A DNA stretch of 64,000 bases from an uncultured Nitrospinaceae bacterium (GTDB taxonomy: Bacteria; UBA8248): positions 1 through 64,000 of the forward strand of contig CAXFSR010000013.1 in NCBI GenBank assembly GCA_964005815.1, written 5' to 3'. How positions within the stretch are numbered: the first letter of the stretch is position 1; each line of letters begins with the position of its first letter. The notes under the pieces were generated by a model, which saw only the letters and a program-made list of their open reading frames with translations, did no database searches and was not told where the DNA came from. The position numbers and the translations under genes were made by a program. Below are positions 39,144 to 49,298 of the stretch, one piece after another.

Positions 39144-39973
39144 TTTTTGAGATTTTCCGAAAGACCGTAAATTTTAATTCCTGCCATTTCAGAATTGTTC
39201 ATTACTTCATCATAATCTGTAACTAAAGTGCCATTCGCTTGCATAACAAGCGCTGAAGCAGAAATCTTTTTCAAAACATCAATTGTATCTAACCCAATTA
39301 CAGGAAGATCATAACGAGGATCTTGACTAGGACGAGCAACCTTACAAATAACGCTTCCCTCGACTCCTAATTCATGCGACCTGTAAAGGGTAGCATCTGT
39401 CCCTTCAATCCCTTCAACAGCAATTACAGCTCCATTTTTAAACACTACTGTTTGTCCAATATCTAAATCGGCAATTTTTCGAGTTATTTGATAATAACTT
39501 CTAAATTCTGAGATATCTTCTTCGTCAATTTCAATTTGATTTAGAGAACCTTCCTGAGCAACTATCGATTTCAAAAATCTTAACTGAGAAATAACTTTCA
39601 AACCATTAGTTTCTATGAAATCAATTATTTGATTCATTATACTCACATCATTTAGACGACCTGCATTTTCTAAAATCTTCCTTGCATGTTCATCAAATTC
39701 ATGAATAGAAGTGAAAATTCTTCTTTTATCTACCTTACCGGCAAAACCAATATTCTTAACCCCTTGAAGTTTGAAATAGTCGATTATCTCCATTGGTTTG
39801 CCAATAGGGAAAAAGATTGAATTGTCTGTAATATTTTTCAACAAACTAAAAGAATTCTCTGTTAATCCAACACCAACCACAGAAATTCCTTCTTTCTTCG
39901 CAGATTTAATAAATTCCAATGGAAGAACTCCATCTCCAGCTATTAATCCTACTCGTTCAGTTAAATCTTTCAT
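39140..39973 (-). CDS. lpxI: UDP-2,3-diacylglucosamine pyrophosphatase LpxI
   Basis: GLIAG.G.LP, DIGQTVV, AVEGIEGTD, Q.PRYDLPVIG. Confidence 0.92.
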   Translation of the reverse strand: MKDLTERVGLIAGDGVLPLEFIKSAKKEGISVVGVGLTENSFSLLKNITDNSIFFPIGKPMEIIDYFKLQGVKNIGFAGKVDKRRIFTSIHEFDEHARKILENAGRLNDVSIMNQIIDFIETNGLKVISQLRFLKSIVAQEGSLNQIEIDEEDISEFRSYYQITRKIADLDIGQTVVFKNGAVIAVEGIEGTDATLYRSHELGVEGSVICKVARPSQDPRYDLPVIGLDTIDVLKKISASALVMQANGTLVTDYDEVMNNSEMAGIKIYGLSENLKK

Positions 39974-39984
39974 ATATTCTCAAA

Positions 39985-40956
39985 TTAAGAAGAGACGGGG
40001 GCAGGAATATCCAAGATATCAAGAATCTGAAGTGCTACTTCTAAAGAAAATAAATCTAAATGCGGATTTTCTACTACCTTTTTAGCTGAAGCAGAATCTA
40101 AAAAGTGTCGCAACTCTAATTTCAAAGGATTATCCTTATGGACGAATAATCTCTCCAATTCAGATTGTTCCCTATATTTCAGATCTTCTCTTGAGAGCTG
40201 ATGTTCACTAGATGCCTTCCTTTGAATACGTAATTCTTGGTCACCATAATCAAGGGTTATATATGCATCTGGTTGAGATATTGAAAGAGTACGAATTTTA
40301 CTCTGTGTTACCCTACTAGCGATCAAATTTGCAACACAACCATTCTCAAAAACCATTTGGACATTTGCGATATCATCTCTTTGACTATGGATGGATGCTC
40401 CAACTGCAGATAATGATACTACCTTCTCATTCATAAGCCTAAGAACTATATCAAGATCATGAATCATCAAATCAAGTACAACACCATCATCCCTAACACG
40501 TTCGGTAAAAGGCCCCATTCTGCGACACTCTATTAGAGATGGATTAGTTACAATATTTTTCAATTCTTGAACAGCGCCATTAAACCTCTCAACATGACCA
40601 ATATGCAAAACGAGTTTATTCTTTTTCGCGATTTCATATAATTCTTTAGACTCTTCTAAGGTATTAGCAATCGGTTTTTCAACAAGAACATGAACCCCAC
40701 TTTGAAGAAAAAATCTGGAAACAGAGAAGTGATGTCGTGTTGGAACCGCAATCGTAACTGCATCTACTGAATCCAACATATCTTCTGGTCTCTTAAAAAA
40801 AACAGTGCCATATTTATCTGCAATATATTTTGCTCTTTTTTCATCTAAATCACAGACTGCTACTATCTCATAATCTAAAAGTTCAGAAAGAGCTGCGACA
40901 TGGTAACTACCCATATGACCAACTCCAACTACCCCTACTCTTAATTGCCTTGACAT
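39985..40956 (-). CDS. Gfo/Idh/MocA oxidoreductase, GnnA-like (UDP-GlcNAc 3-dehydrogenase candidate)
   Basis: GVGHMG, VLVEKP, GHVERFN, DLMIHDLD; between lpxA and lpxI. Confidence 0.78.
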   Translation of the reverse strand: MSRQLRVGVVGVGHMGSYHVAALSELLDYEIVAVCDLDEKRAKYIADKYGTVFFKRPEDMLDSVDAVTIAVPTRHHFSVSRFFLQSGVHVLVEKPIANTLEESKELYEIAKKNKLVLHIGHVERFNGAVQELKNIVTNPSLIECRRMGPFTERVRDDGVVLDLMIHDLDIVLRLMNEKVVSLSAVGASIHSQRDDIANVQMVFENGCVANLIASRVTQSKIRTLSISQPDAYITLDYGDQELRIQRKASSEHQLSREDLKYREQSELERLFVHKDNPLKLELRHFLDSASAKKVVENPHLDLFSLEVALQILDILDIPAPVSS

Positions 40957-40975
40957 TTCTTACACTCCATTAATT

Positions 40976-41758
40976 TCATATAGTTCCTTGATAAATACCA
41001 CGCTCAGAACTCCTAACAAAATCAATAACAATTTTTATCTCTCTATCAAGTACAAAATCATTTTCAATTTTCTTACACGAATCTATCAAAGTTTCTTTAG
41101 AATCAAACAAAACCTTATATACTGACTTAATATTATTTCTAACTTTAGATGAAAGTCCTTTTCGTTTCATTCCTATAATATTTAAACCCCTCACTCGAAC
41201 AGGATTTGAGTCTATCATAGTAAATGGAGGAATATCTTTTTTCACAGCACTATGTGCACCAATAAAAGAACCTTCACCAATACGTGTAAACTGATGAAAA
41301 CCTACATAAGCTGATACAAAAACATCATCTTGAATGAACGTATGACCGCCACACGCGCAAAAACTAGCAAAAATCACTCGATTTGACACTTTACAATCAT
41401 GACCAACGTGGACCCCATTCATTAAATAACAATCTTCACCTATGATGGTAGAATTTTGATTATCCATAGAACGATGAACTGTAACAAACTCTCGAATGAC
41501 GGTCCGTTTTCCAATTACTAAATCGCCTGTCTCTTTGTCTAGAGATAAAACTTGGGGTTCACAACCTAAAACAGCACCTGAGAAGATTCTACATTCTTCT
41601 TTAACAACTGTTGGCCCTTCAATAACAACATTACAACCTATAGAAACTCCATCTTTAATTACAACATCTTTACCAATTACAGAACCTGAACCTATTTGCA
41701 CATTATCACCTATAAGTGCACTTTTATGTATCTCTACTGTTTTATGAATTTCATTCAC
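40976..41758 (-). CDS. lpxA: Acyl-ACP--UDP-N-acetylglucosamine acyltransferase
   Basis: Hexapeptide repeats, PQ, IREFVTVHR, HVGHDC, HQF..IG, DIPPF, GLN.IG..R; GTG 41758 preferred over TTG 41776. Confidence 0.95.
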   Translation of the reverse strand: MNEIHKTVEIHKSALIGDNVQIGSGSVIGKDVVIKDGVSIGCNVVIEGPTVVKEECRIFSGAVLGCEPQVLSLDKETGDLVIGKRTVIREFVTVHRSMDNQNSTIIGEDCYLMNGVHVGHDCKVSNRVIFASFCACGGHTFIQDDVFVSAYVGFHQFTRIGEGSFIGAHSAVKKDIPPFTMIDSNPVRVRGLNIIGMKRKGLSSKVRNNIKSVYKVLFDSKETLIDSCKKIENDFVLDREIKIVIDFVRSSERGIYQGTI

Positions 41759-41762
41759 TTTT

Positions 41763-42194
41763 TTATCTCGTAACAAATGCTGAAATAATAGCTTCAGCAG
41801 CTACTTCCTTATTTACGGTTGCGACACCAGACATTTTAAAAAAATTACTTCTTGATTTTAACATCTTCACTTCTAATGAAAGACAATCCCCAGGAATCAC
41901 AGCTCTCTTAAACTTTGCTTTCTCTATAGTAGTGAAAAAAAACGGGTCGCCTTTTTTTAAAATTTTCGAATAAAAAAGATAGACAACACCTGTCTGAGCG
42001 AGAGCTTCTAAAACTAAGACTCCAGGCATAATAGGTCTTTCCGGAAAATGTCCCTTAAAAAAATCAAGAGAAGTATCAATATTTTTTTCTGCTAAGATTA
42101 AAGGAATATCATTATTAATAGAAAGGACCCTATCTACTAGTAAGAATGGTTCTCTATGCGGAATAAGTTTCTTAATTCCATCTATTTCAATCAT
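41763..42194 (-). CDS. fabZ: 3-hydroxyacyl-ACP dehydratase
   Basis: [29 protein letters not shown]; start ATG 42194 with GAGGA RBS. Confidence 0.96.
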   Translation of the reverse strand: MIEIDGIKKLIPHREPFLLVDRVLSINNDIPLILAEKNIDTSLDFFKGHFPERPIMPGVLVLEALAQTGVVYLFYSKILKKGDPFFFTTIEKAKFKRAVIPGDCLSLEVKMLKSRSNFFKMSGVATVNKEVAAEAIISAFVTR

Positions 42195-43188
42195 TCTTTT
42201 CCTCATCTTTATCGAAGGAAGAAAACTTCTTAAACAAATCTGGTAATCTTCTAAGTAATGATAAATTTCTCTTTGCAATTCCTATTTCTTCGGCAGGAAA
42301 ACCAAAATAAGTTTTCCCTGTAATGAGCTTTTTTGACGCTGCACTTTTTGCGGCTAACTTAACATTATCTTCAATTTCCACATGCTCTATGGAACCTGAT
42401 TGACCTCCAAAATAGACGTTTTTTCCAATCTTCACACTACCGGCGATACCAACTTGCGATGCTAAAAGACAATTCTCGCCAACAAAAACATTATGTGCAA
42501 TCTGTACCTGATTATCTATCTTTGTCCCTGAGCAAATCCTAGTCTCTTCTATTGTCCCCCTATCAATAGTACTATTGGCTCCAACTTCAACATCATCTTC
42601 TAATACGACTACCCCAGTTTGAGGAAATTTTAGATGGTCGCCCGACTCTTCCTGTACGTATCCAAATCCATCTGAACCAATAACAACCCCAGCATGTAAG
42701 ATAACCCTAGAACCTATTACAACATCAGAATAAAGAACTACATTCGGAGAAATTTTACAATCCTCTCCAATAATTACTCCCTCTCCTATCTTTGTTCCAG
42801 CAGAAATCTGGCATCTATCTCCTATAGAAACATCGTCTCCTATGACAACATAAGGACCAATAAAAATATTTTTTCCTAATTTTACGTTTTTTCCATACAA
42901 AGCAGTTTCATCTAAACCTATTTTCAAGTCTTTATCTGGTCGAAAAAGAGGAATTATTTTTGCAAAATCTAATTTTGGATTCCTTGAAATAATCGAGGGA
43001 CGATCAGATTGAATTTCTGGTGGTATAATTAAGGCTCCAGCAGAACATTCTTTAAGATTTTTTTCTGAAAAAACAAAACTTAGTTCTTTAGAACTTGCAC
43101 TCTTGTAATCGGCTATATCTGAAACCTCAAAATCACCATCGCCTATCAAATCACCATTTATGAATCCGGCTATTTTGGAAAGTCTCAT
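42187..43188 (-). CDS. lpxD: UDP-3-O-acyl-glucosamine N-acyltransferase
   Basis: Hexapeptide repeats, [30 protein letters not shown]. Confidence 0.96.
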   Translation of the reverse strand: MRLSKIAGFINGDLIGDGDFEVSDIADYKSASSKELSFVFSEKNLKECSAGALIIPPEIQSDRPSIISRNPKLDFAKIIPLFRPDKDLKIGLDETALYGKNVKLGKNIFIGPYVVIGDDVSIGDRCQISAGTKIGEGVIIGEDCKISPNVVLYSDVVIGSRVILHAGVVIGSDGFGYVQEESGDHLKFPQTGVVVLEDDVEVGANSTIDRGTIEETRICSGTKIDNQVQIAHNVFVGENCLLASQVGIAGSVKIGKNVYFGGQSGSIEHVEIEDNVKLAAKSAASKKLITGKTYFGFPAEEIGIAKRNLSLLRRLPDLFKKFSSFDKDEEKND

Positions 43189-43196
43189 AAGGCCTA

Positions 43197-43736
43197 CTAT
43201 TTTAAAGAATCATACCTCTGAATAACTTTATTAGTTAGATCAATAGAACTATTTCGATATAAAACAAGAGTAGAACTATCTATGACTAAATCAAAATTTT
43301 GCTCTTTAGCAACTTTGCTAGAAATTTTTCTTATTGTTCCAACAATTTTACTGAGCACTCTTCTCTTTTCACGTTCTAAATCTCTTTTCTTTTCGCTAAA
43401 GAACAATCTTAATTCATCTCTTTTTCTAAGTAGTTTCCTTTGCAAACCGAGTACTTCTTTTCTTTTCTCGTCCCTCTTCTTTTTTCTCCAAATAGCAGCT
43501 TTTTGATTAAATTCATCTTGTAACTTTTTAACCTTGACCATTCTGTTTTGTAAATCTTTTCTTCTAGACTTAATTAAATTATCTAATTTTTTAGCTTTCT
43601 GTTCTAATTTACTACGAGCTTTTAGTGCTGGTTTAGAATTGCGAAGGACCTCCTGAACATCAACAACACCAAATTTGGCTGCAAAAACAGAATAACTAGA
43701 GAGCAACAAAAATAAAAATAAACTTAATAGTCTCAT
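43197..43736 (-). CDS. skp: Periplasmic chaperone Skp/OmpH
   Basis: Signal peptide, KFGVVDV, coiled coil, FDLVID...LY....DLT..VI; between bamA and lpxD. Confidence 0.9.
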   Translation of the reverse strand: MRLLSLFLFLLLSSYSVFAAKFGVVDVQEVLRNSKPALKARSKLEQKAKKLDNLIKSRRKDLQNRMVKVKKLQDEFNQKAAIWRKKKRDEKRKEVLGLQRKLLRKRDELRLFFSEKKRDLEREKRRVLSKIVGTIRKISSKVAKEQNFDLVIDSSTLVLYRNSSIDLTNKVIQRYDSLK

Positions 43737-43751
43737 TTCACCTCAACAAAT

Positions 43752-46070
43752 TTAGAATCCAACACCTAATTGAACATGCGATTCTCTGCTTCGTTCTCCA
43801 GACTTTGCATCAAGCTTATATCCCATATCAACTTTCATTGGTCCAAGCGGTGTAACAAAACTTAATCCAACTCCAGCTGAGTAACGAAGATCGCCTAAAT
43901 CAAAAGCATTATGCCGTTCCCAAACATTACCAGCATCAGTAAACAAAGAAATACTAGTTGGACCAATAAAAGGATGTCTAATTTCAAGAGAAAGTACGGC
44001 AGCTGATAAACCACCAATAACATTTCCTTGTGAATCTTTAGGTCCTAAATCATCAGAACGAAACCCCCTTATACCCTTACCATAACCTTTAGAGTATAAA
44101 CGACGATAACCTGGCACTTTTCCACTAAATGTATCCACATATCGTAAATTAACATGGGTCTTTAAAACTAATTTCTTTAAAGACCTAACGCGCAAATCTT
44201 GACCGATACTTTTAAAATATTGAAATTCATTTTCAAATGAAAACATGTCTATATCTGCACCGAGGAATCCTCCTGAAAGAGCAGGAACTAATTTAAAATA
44301 AATACCTTCTGTTGGCATGCCTTTTGAATCTCTACTGTCATATTGCATCCACGGAGTTAATCTACTCTCTAAACGAGTTTTATTTTCTATATCCAGTATA
44401 TCTTGATGAGTATTCGCTTTTGCATTTGTAATTTTAGTTGCTGAAAACTCATAAGCTAAATATACATTCATGAATTCAAAGATTTCTTTACCTACTCCAA
44501 TACGAGCACCTTCTCTACGACTATCAAAAGAGTCAAATTCTTGATCTTCAAAAAACAAATCCCCACCAAGTGAAAATCCCTTGTCCATAAAATCAGGATC
44601 AGTTAATGTCCCTACGAAATCAGTATCTTGTTTTGTAATTGAACCTTTAAAACTAGTACTATATGCCCTACCAAACAAATTATTTTCTCTTACTTGACCC
44701 ATAACACCAGCACCTGACTCACTACTTAAAGTCATACCTCCAGTAATTGAACCAGTAGGTTGTTCTTTAACCTTAATATTTATATCCATTAAGTTTTCTT
44801 TACCTGGAACGTCTTCTTCCTTTACTGACATCTTACTAAAGAAACCAAGACGCCCAATTCTCTTTCTCGTGATAGCGAGAGCCTTAGAATTATACAAACC
44901 TCCTTCAACAACTCTTATATTTCTTCGAATAACATTATCGCGGGTCCTTGTATTTCCTTCTATTTTAATATTTCTAATATATACTCTATTTCTTGTATCG
45001 ATTTTGATTGTCAAATCTACTTTTTGGCTATTTTCGTCTAAATCTATCATAGGTTTTACCGTTGCATATGCATATCCAAACTCACTATAGCGACTTCTAA
45101 TATTTCGGATATCTGAACGAAGAATTGAACGATCAAAGATATCACCCTCAAACATCTTCAATTGCTTCACCAATTCAGTCTTCGGGATTATTTTTTCTCC
45201 TCCAACAATGTTAATTTTATTAATGGAGTAAATTTTTCCTTCTGTGATAGGAATTATTATCGATAATTTATTCCTATCGACATCTTTTTTAATTATAGGC
45301 TGACCAATCTGAACTTTAATAAAACCATTTTTTTGATAATGCGCATCTAATTTCATGAGATCTCTTTGAAGGATTTCTTTAGTATAAATTCCAGAATCAG
45401 TAAAAAACGAAAACAGTCCTTCTTCATTCAAATCAATCACACGTAATAATTTTCTTTTCGAAAATGCACTATTCCCCTGAAACCTTATAGATGAAACTCT
45501 TACACTATCTCCTTCATCTATATTCAAAGTTATCTGCACTTTATTTTTCTTCTGAGACTTTAAAATAGCTTCTACTTTAGCAAAAAAATAACCTTTTTCT
45601 TCATAAAGTTTTCTTACATTTTGCAAAGTATTATTGAGTGTAGATTTATTAACGATAGTCTGTGTCTTAATAGTAAGCAATTCCCTGATGTCATCATTAG
45701 AAACTTGAGAATTTCCTGAAATAACTATAGAGGTGATTGTTGGTTTTTCGGTTATTCTATATATAACTCTTAAACCGCCTTCGAAAGATTTAACTTCTAC
45801 TTTAACATCACGAAAAAATCCAAGAGAAAAGATTTTACGAACATCCGACCTTGTCTGCTTTACAAGCTCATCGTTTTTGTAACTTTTTCCAACCTTTAAA
45901 CCTAAATGGAAAAAAATTGTTGACCTGTCTACTCTATTATTTCCCTCTATCTCTATAGCTTTAATGGTAATAGCAGGTGAATTTGTTTTGGCGTGAACAA
46001 AAAAAGACGTAAGAGCAATGAAAAATAGAAGTGTAAAAATATTAACTAAAGCTCTCACGGAAAAAAACAT
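43752..46070 (-). CDS. bamA: Outer membrane protein assembly factor BamA
   Basis: POTRA repeats (GN..., GNTRTRDNVIRR), IRGF loop-6 motif, TPLGP, C-terminal Phe. Confidence 0.96.
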   Translation of the reverse strand: MFFSVRALVNIFTLLFFIALTSFFVHAKTNSPAITIKAIEIEGNNRVDRSTIFFHLGLKVGKSYKNDELVKQTRSDVRKIFSLGFFRDVKVEVKSFEGGLRVIYRITEKPTITSIVISGNSQVSNDDIRELLTIKTQTIVNKSTLNNTLQNVRKLYEEKGYFFAKVEAILKSQKKNKVQITLNIDEGDSVRVSSIRFQGNSAFSKRKLLRVIDLNEEGLFSFFTDSGIYTKEILQRDLMKLDAHYQKNGFIKVQIGQPIIKKDVDRNKLSIIIPITEGKIYSINKINIVGGEKIIPKTELVKQLKMFEGDIFDRSILRSDIRNIRSRYSEFGYAYATVKPMIDLDENSQKVDLTIKIDTRNRVYIRNIKIEGNTRTRDNVIRRNIRVVEGGLYNSKALAITRKRIGRLGFFSKMSVKEEDVPGKENLMDINIKVKEQPTGSITGGMTLSSESGAGVMGQVRENNLFGRAYSTSFKGSITKQDTDFVGTLTDPDFMDKGFSLGGDLFFEDQEFDSFDSRREGARIGVGKEIFEFMNVYLAYEFSATKITNAKANTHQDILDIENKTRLESRLTPWMQYDSRDSKGMPTEGIYFKLVPALSGGFLGADIDMFSFENEFQYFKSIGQDLRVRSLKKLVLKTHVNLRYVDTFSGKVPGYRRLYSKGYGKGIRGFRSDDLGPKDSQGNVIGGLSAAVLSLEIRHPFIGPTSISLFTDAGNVWERHNAFDLGDLRYSAGVGLSFVTPLGPMKVDMGYKLDAKSGERSRESHVQLGVGF

Positions 46071-46114
46071 GACCCCCTCCTGAGGGCTTTAATAAAAAAA
46101 GTAAAAACTCTTAA

Positions 46115-48559
46115 TTAAGCATCCTGCGCACTAAATACTTCTGAAGTCTCTTTAGCCTCAAAAATCAATTCATCTCCTGCCAATTTGACTAAAACAGTTC
46201 CTCCATCAGTGAATTTTCCACGCAAGAACTCTTCACTCAAAGTATCTTCTATATGTTTCTGAATGACTCTCCTGAGTGGTCTTGCTCCGTAAGAAGGATC
46301 AAAACCTTCTTTCGCTACCCACGAACGTGCTTCATCTGACAACTCTATACATAAATTCTTATCTTGTAAGGTCTTATTTATTTTTGCAATTTCAATATCA
46401 ACAATTTTTGTTATATCCTCATGTGACAGAGTTCTAAATGTTGCAATTTCGTCTATACGATTCAAGAATTCTGGGTTAAATGTTCTCTTTAACTCGTCCC
46501 TGATTCTATCTTTCATTTTATCAAAATTATTCGCTAAATCATTTTTCTGAAATCCTACTGCAGAACCCTTTTCAATAGTTCTTGCAGCAATATTTGATGT
46601 CATAATTATTATCGTATTTTTAAAATCTACTTGGCGTCCGTAACTATCTGTCAAAGTACCATCTTCCATGACTTGAAGTAAAATATTGTAAATGTCAGGA
46701 TGTGCCTTTTCTATTTCATCTAAAAGAACTACAGAATAAGGTTTCCTTCTAACTTGTTCTGTAAAATGCCCACCCTCTTCATAACCAACATACCCAGGAG
46801 GTGCCCCAGTTAAACGGGAAACATTAAAACGTTCCATGTATTCACTCATATCAATTCGAATCAGAGCATTCCTATCTCCAAACATAAAATCTGCTAAAAC
46901 TCTTGCCATTTCAGTCTTTCCAACTCCAGTAGGGCCTAAAAAGAGAAAACTACCAATTGGTCTTGTAGGACTTTTAAGACCAGAACGGGCACGACGTACA
47001 GCTTTCGTAAGTAAACGAGTAGCTTCTTCTTGACCTATAATTTTTTCGTTTAATTCCTCTTCCATTCTCAGAAGACGCTTGTTCTCAACCTCTTCAATTC
47101 TTTGCAAAGGAATTCCAGTCATACGACTAACCACATAGGCAACATCCTCTTCTGTTACCAAAGGTTCATCATCGGTCTTTTCTTTTTCCCAATCAGACTT
47201 CATCTGATCTAAAAGATTTCTATCTCTTTCTTCCTGATCTCTGAGTTCAACTGCCTTCTCAAAATCTTGATTTTCTATCATATTCTTCTTGATGCGAACT
47301 GTCTCTTCTATACTTTTTTGCATCTCTTTAATATCATTAGGGAAAGTTTCTCTTTCAATCCTTACTTTACTGCAGGCTTCATCTATCAAGTCAATTGCTT
47401 TATCAGGAAGAAATCTATCAGAAACATATTGAGATGAAAGCTTCACAGCTGCTTCTATAGCATCACTTTGCAAACGAGTTTTATGATGATCTTCATACCT
47501 TTCTTTTAAACCATTCAGAATACTTATTGTATCCTCAATTGAAGGTGGATCAACCATAATGCTTTGGAAACGTCTCTCCAAAGCTCCATTTTTTTCTATA
47601 TATTTCCTATATTCATCTATCGTTGTTGCACCAATACATTGCACTTCACCACGACTCAGAGCTGGTTTCAACATATTGGAAGCATCAATAGACCCCTCTG
47701 CAGCTCCGGCACCAACTAATGTATGTAATTCATCAATAAAGATAATAATTTGCGGACTTTGCTTAATTTCTTTCATAATAGCTTTTAGTCTTGCTTCAAA
47801 TTGCCCACGATACTTAGTACCTGCAACTAAAGCACCCAAATCTAATTGTATAACTCTTTTATCGAATAAAATTTGAGGTACATCGCGAGAGAAAATTAAT
47901 TGAGCAAGTCCTTCGACAATAGCTGTTTTACCAACTCCTGGTTCACCTATTAAAACTGGATTGTTCTTCGTTCTTCTCGCTAGAATCTGAACTAACCTTT
48001 CAGTTTCAGTTTCTCTTCCAACAACTGGATCTAACTTTCCTTCCTGTGCAAGTACAGTAAGGTCCCTTCCAAATTCATCTAAAGACGGAGTCTTACTTTT
48101 CTCTCTGGTTCTACCGCTAACTGGCTCTTTAAGTAAATTAATTGTCTGTTCTCTCGTCTCCTGTAAGTTTATTCCCAAACTAGAAAGAACTTTTGCAGCT
48201 AATCCATCCTTTTCTCTAACAATTCCAAGTAAAAGATGCTCAGTGCCTATATAATTATGACCCATTAAACGAGCCTCTTCTACTGCATATTCAAGTACTT
48301 TTTTTGCTTTGGGAGTAAATGGGATATCGCCTTCAACAGGTGTATCTACACTTTTTGGAAGATTTCTCTCAAGTTCAACACGTAATTGTTTAGGATCAAT
48401 CCCTAATTTTTGAAGTACAGCAATAGCGATACCTCCTCCATCTTTCAATAAACCAAGCAAAATATGCTCAGTACCAAGATATTCATGTCTATATCTTTCG
48501 GCCTCTTCTCTAGCTAGAATTACTACCTTGCGGGCACGCTCTGTAAATCTCTTAAACAT
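46115..48559 (-). CDS. clpC: ATP-dependent Clp protease ATP-binding subunit ClpC
   Basis: MF.RFTERAR, tandem Clp-N repeats, GEPGVGKT and GPTGVGKT, short UVR-type middle domain, VGF ClpP-docking loop. Confidence 0.95.
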   Translation of the reverse strand: MFKRFTERARKVVILAREEAERYRHEYLGTEHILLGLLKDGGGIAIAVLQKLGIDPKQLRVELERNLPKSVDTPVEGDIPFTPKAKKVLEYAVEEARLMGHNYIGTEHLLLGIVREKDGLAAKVLSSLGINLQETREQTINLLKEPVSGRTREKSKTPSLDEFGRDLTVLAQEGKLDPVVGRETETERLVQILARRTKNNPVLIGEPGVGKTAIVEGLAQLIFSRDVPQILFDKRVIQLDLGALVAGTKYRGQFEARLKAIMKEIKQSPQIIIFIDELHTLVGAGAAEGSIDASNMLKPALSRGEVQCIGATTIDEYRKYIEKNGALERRFQSIMVDPPSIEDTISILNGLKERYEDHHKTRLQSDAIEAAVKLSSQYVSDRFLPDKAIDLIDEACSKVRIERETFPNDIKEMQKSIEETVRIKKNMIENQDFEKAVELRDQEERDRNLLDQMKSDWEKEKTDDEPLVTEEDVAYVVSRMTGIPLQRIEEVENKRLLRMEEELNEKIIGQEEATRLLTKAVRRARSGLKSPTRPIGSFLFLGPTGVGKTEMARVLADFMFGDRNALIRIDMSEYMERFNVSRLTGAPPGYVGYEEGGHFTEQVRRKPYSVVLLDEIEKAHPDIYNILLQVMEDGTLTDSYGRQVDFKNTIIIMTSNIAARTIEKGSAVGFQKNDLANNFDKMKDRIRDELKRTFNPEFLNRIDEIATFRTLSHEDITKIVDIEIAKINKTLQDKNLCIELSDEARSWVAKEGFDPSYGARPLRRVIQKHIEDTLSEEFLRGKFTDGGTVLVKLAGDELIFEAKETSEVFSAQDA

Positions 48560-49244
48560 TTGGCCCTCCTAAACATTGATCATTAATCAAACCATCTACT
48601 ATATGCATTTTTTTATCCATGCTCTCTGATAATACACTATTATGCGTCACGATCAAAAACGTTTGGCGTGTTTTAGAATTTATTTCTTTTAGCAATTCAT
48701 AAATCCTATTTGTATTTGAAGAGTCTAAATTACCCGTTGGTTCATCCGCAAGAACAATCTGAGGTTCATTTGCTAGAGCCCTTGCAATTGCAACTCTTTG
48801 TTGCTCTCCACCAGATAATTCGGAAGGTCTATGATACATTCTCTCTTTCAAATCTAAATCTAATAATAGTTTTTCAGCTTTTTCTCTAGCAGAGGAACGA
48901 GATTTTCCTCCAATTAAAATTGGAATCATTACATTCTCAACCGCTGTAAATTCTGGGAGTAAAAAATGAAATTGAAAAACAAAACCGATCATTTCATTAC
49001 GAATTTTTGACAAATGAGAATCTTTTTCATTTTCAATAGACCTACCATTCAAAATTATTTCTCCAGAAGAAGGTTTATCTAAAGTACCTAAAAGATGAAG
49101 CAGAGTAGATTTGCCAGCACCTGAAGGTCCAGTAATAGCAACCATCTCTCCCTCAATTATTTCAAAACTAATGCCTTTTAGGATATCAACTTGATTTTTG
49201 CCAATTTTAAAACTTTTCTTTAAATCTTTAACTTTTAAAATCAT
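48552..49244 (-). CDS. lolD: Lipoprotein-releasing system ATP-binding protein
   Basis: GPSGAGKS, IGFVFQFH.LLPEF (LolD motif), LSGGEQQR, ADEPTGNLD. Confidence 0.92.
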   Translation of the reverse strand: MILKVKDLKKSFKIGKNQVDILKGISFEIIEGEMVAITGPSGAGKSTLLHLLGTLDKPSSGEIILNGRSIENEKDSHLSKIRNEMIGFVFQFHFLLPEFTAVENVMIPILIGGKSRSSAREKAEKLLLDLDLKERMYHRPSELSGGEQQRVAIARALANEPQIVLADEPTGNLDSSNTNRIYELLKEINSKTRQTFLIVTHNSVLSESMDKKMHIVDGLINDQCLGGPNV

Positions 49245-49298
49245 TTCACTATTCCAAATTTAAGGTTTTAAAATTGCAAGAGAATTTATTGCAAAAAA

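Noticed and set aside
46071..46090. Hairpin around the bamA RBS (GCCCTCAGGAGGGGG on the minus strand)
   Set aside because: The stem is very short with a strained loop; too weak to support a regulatory claim
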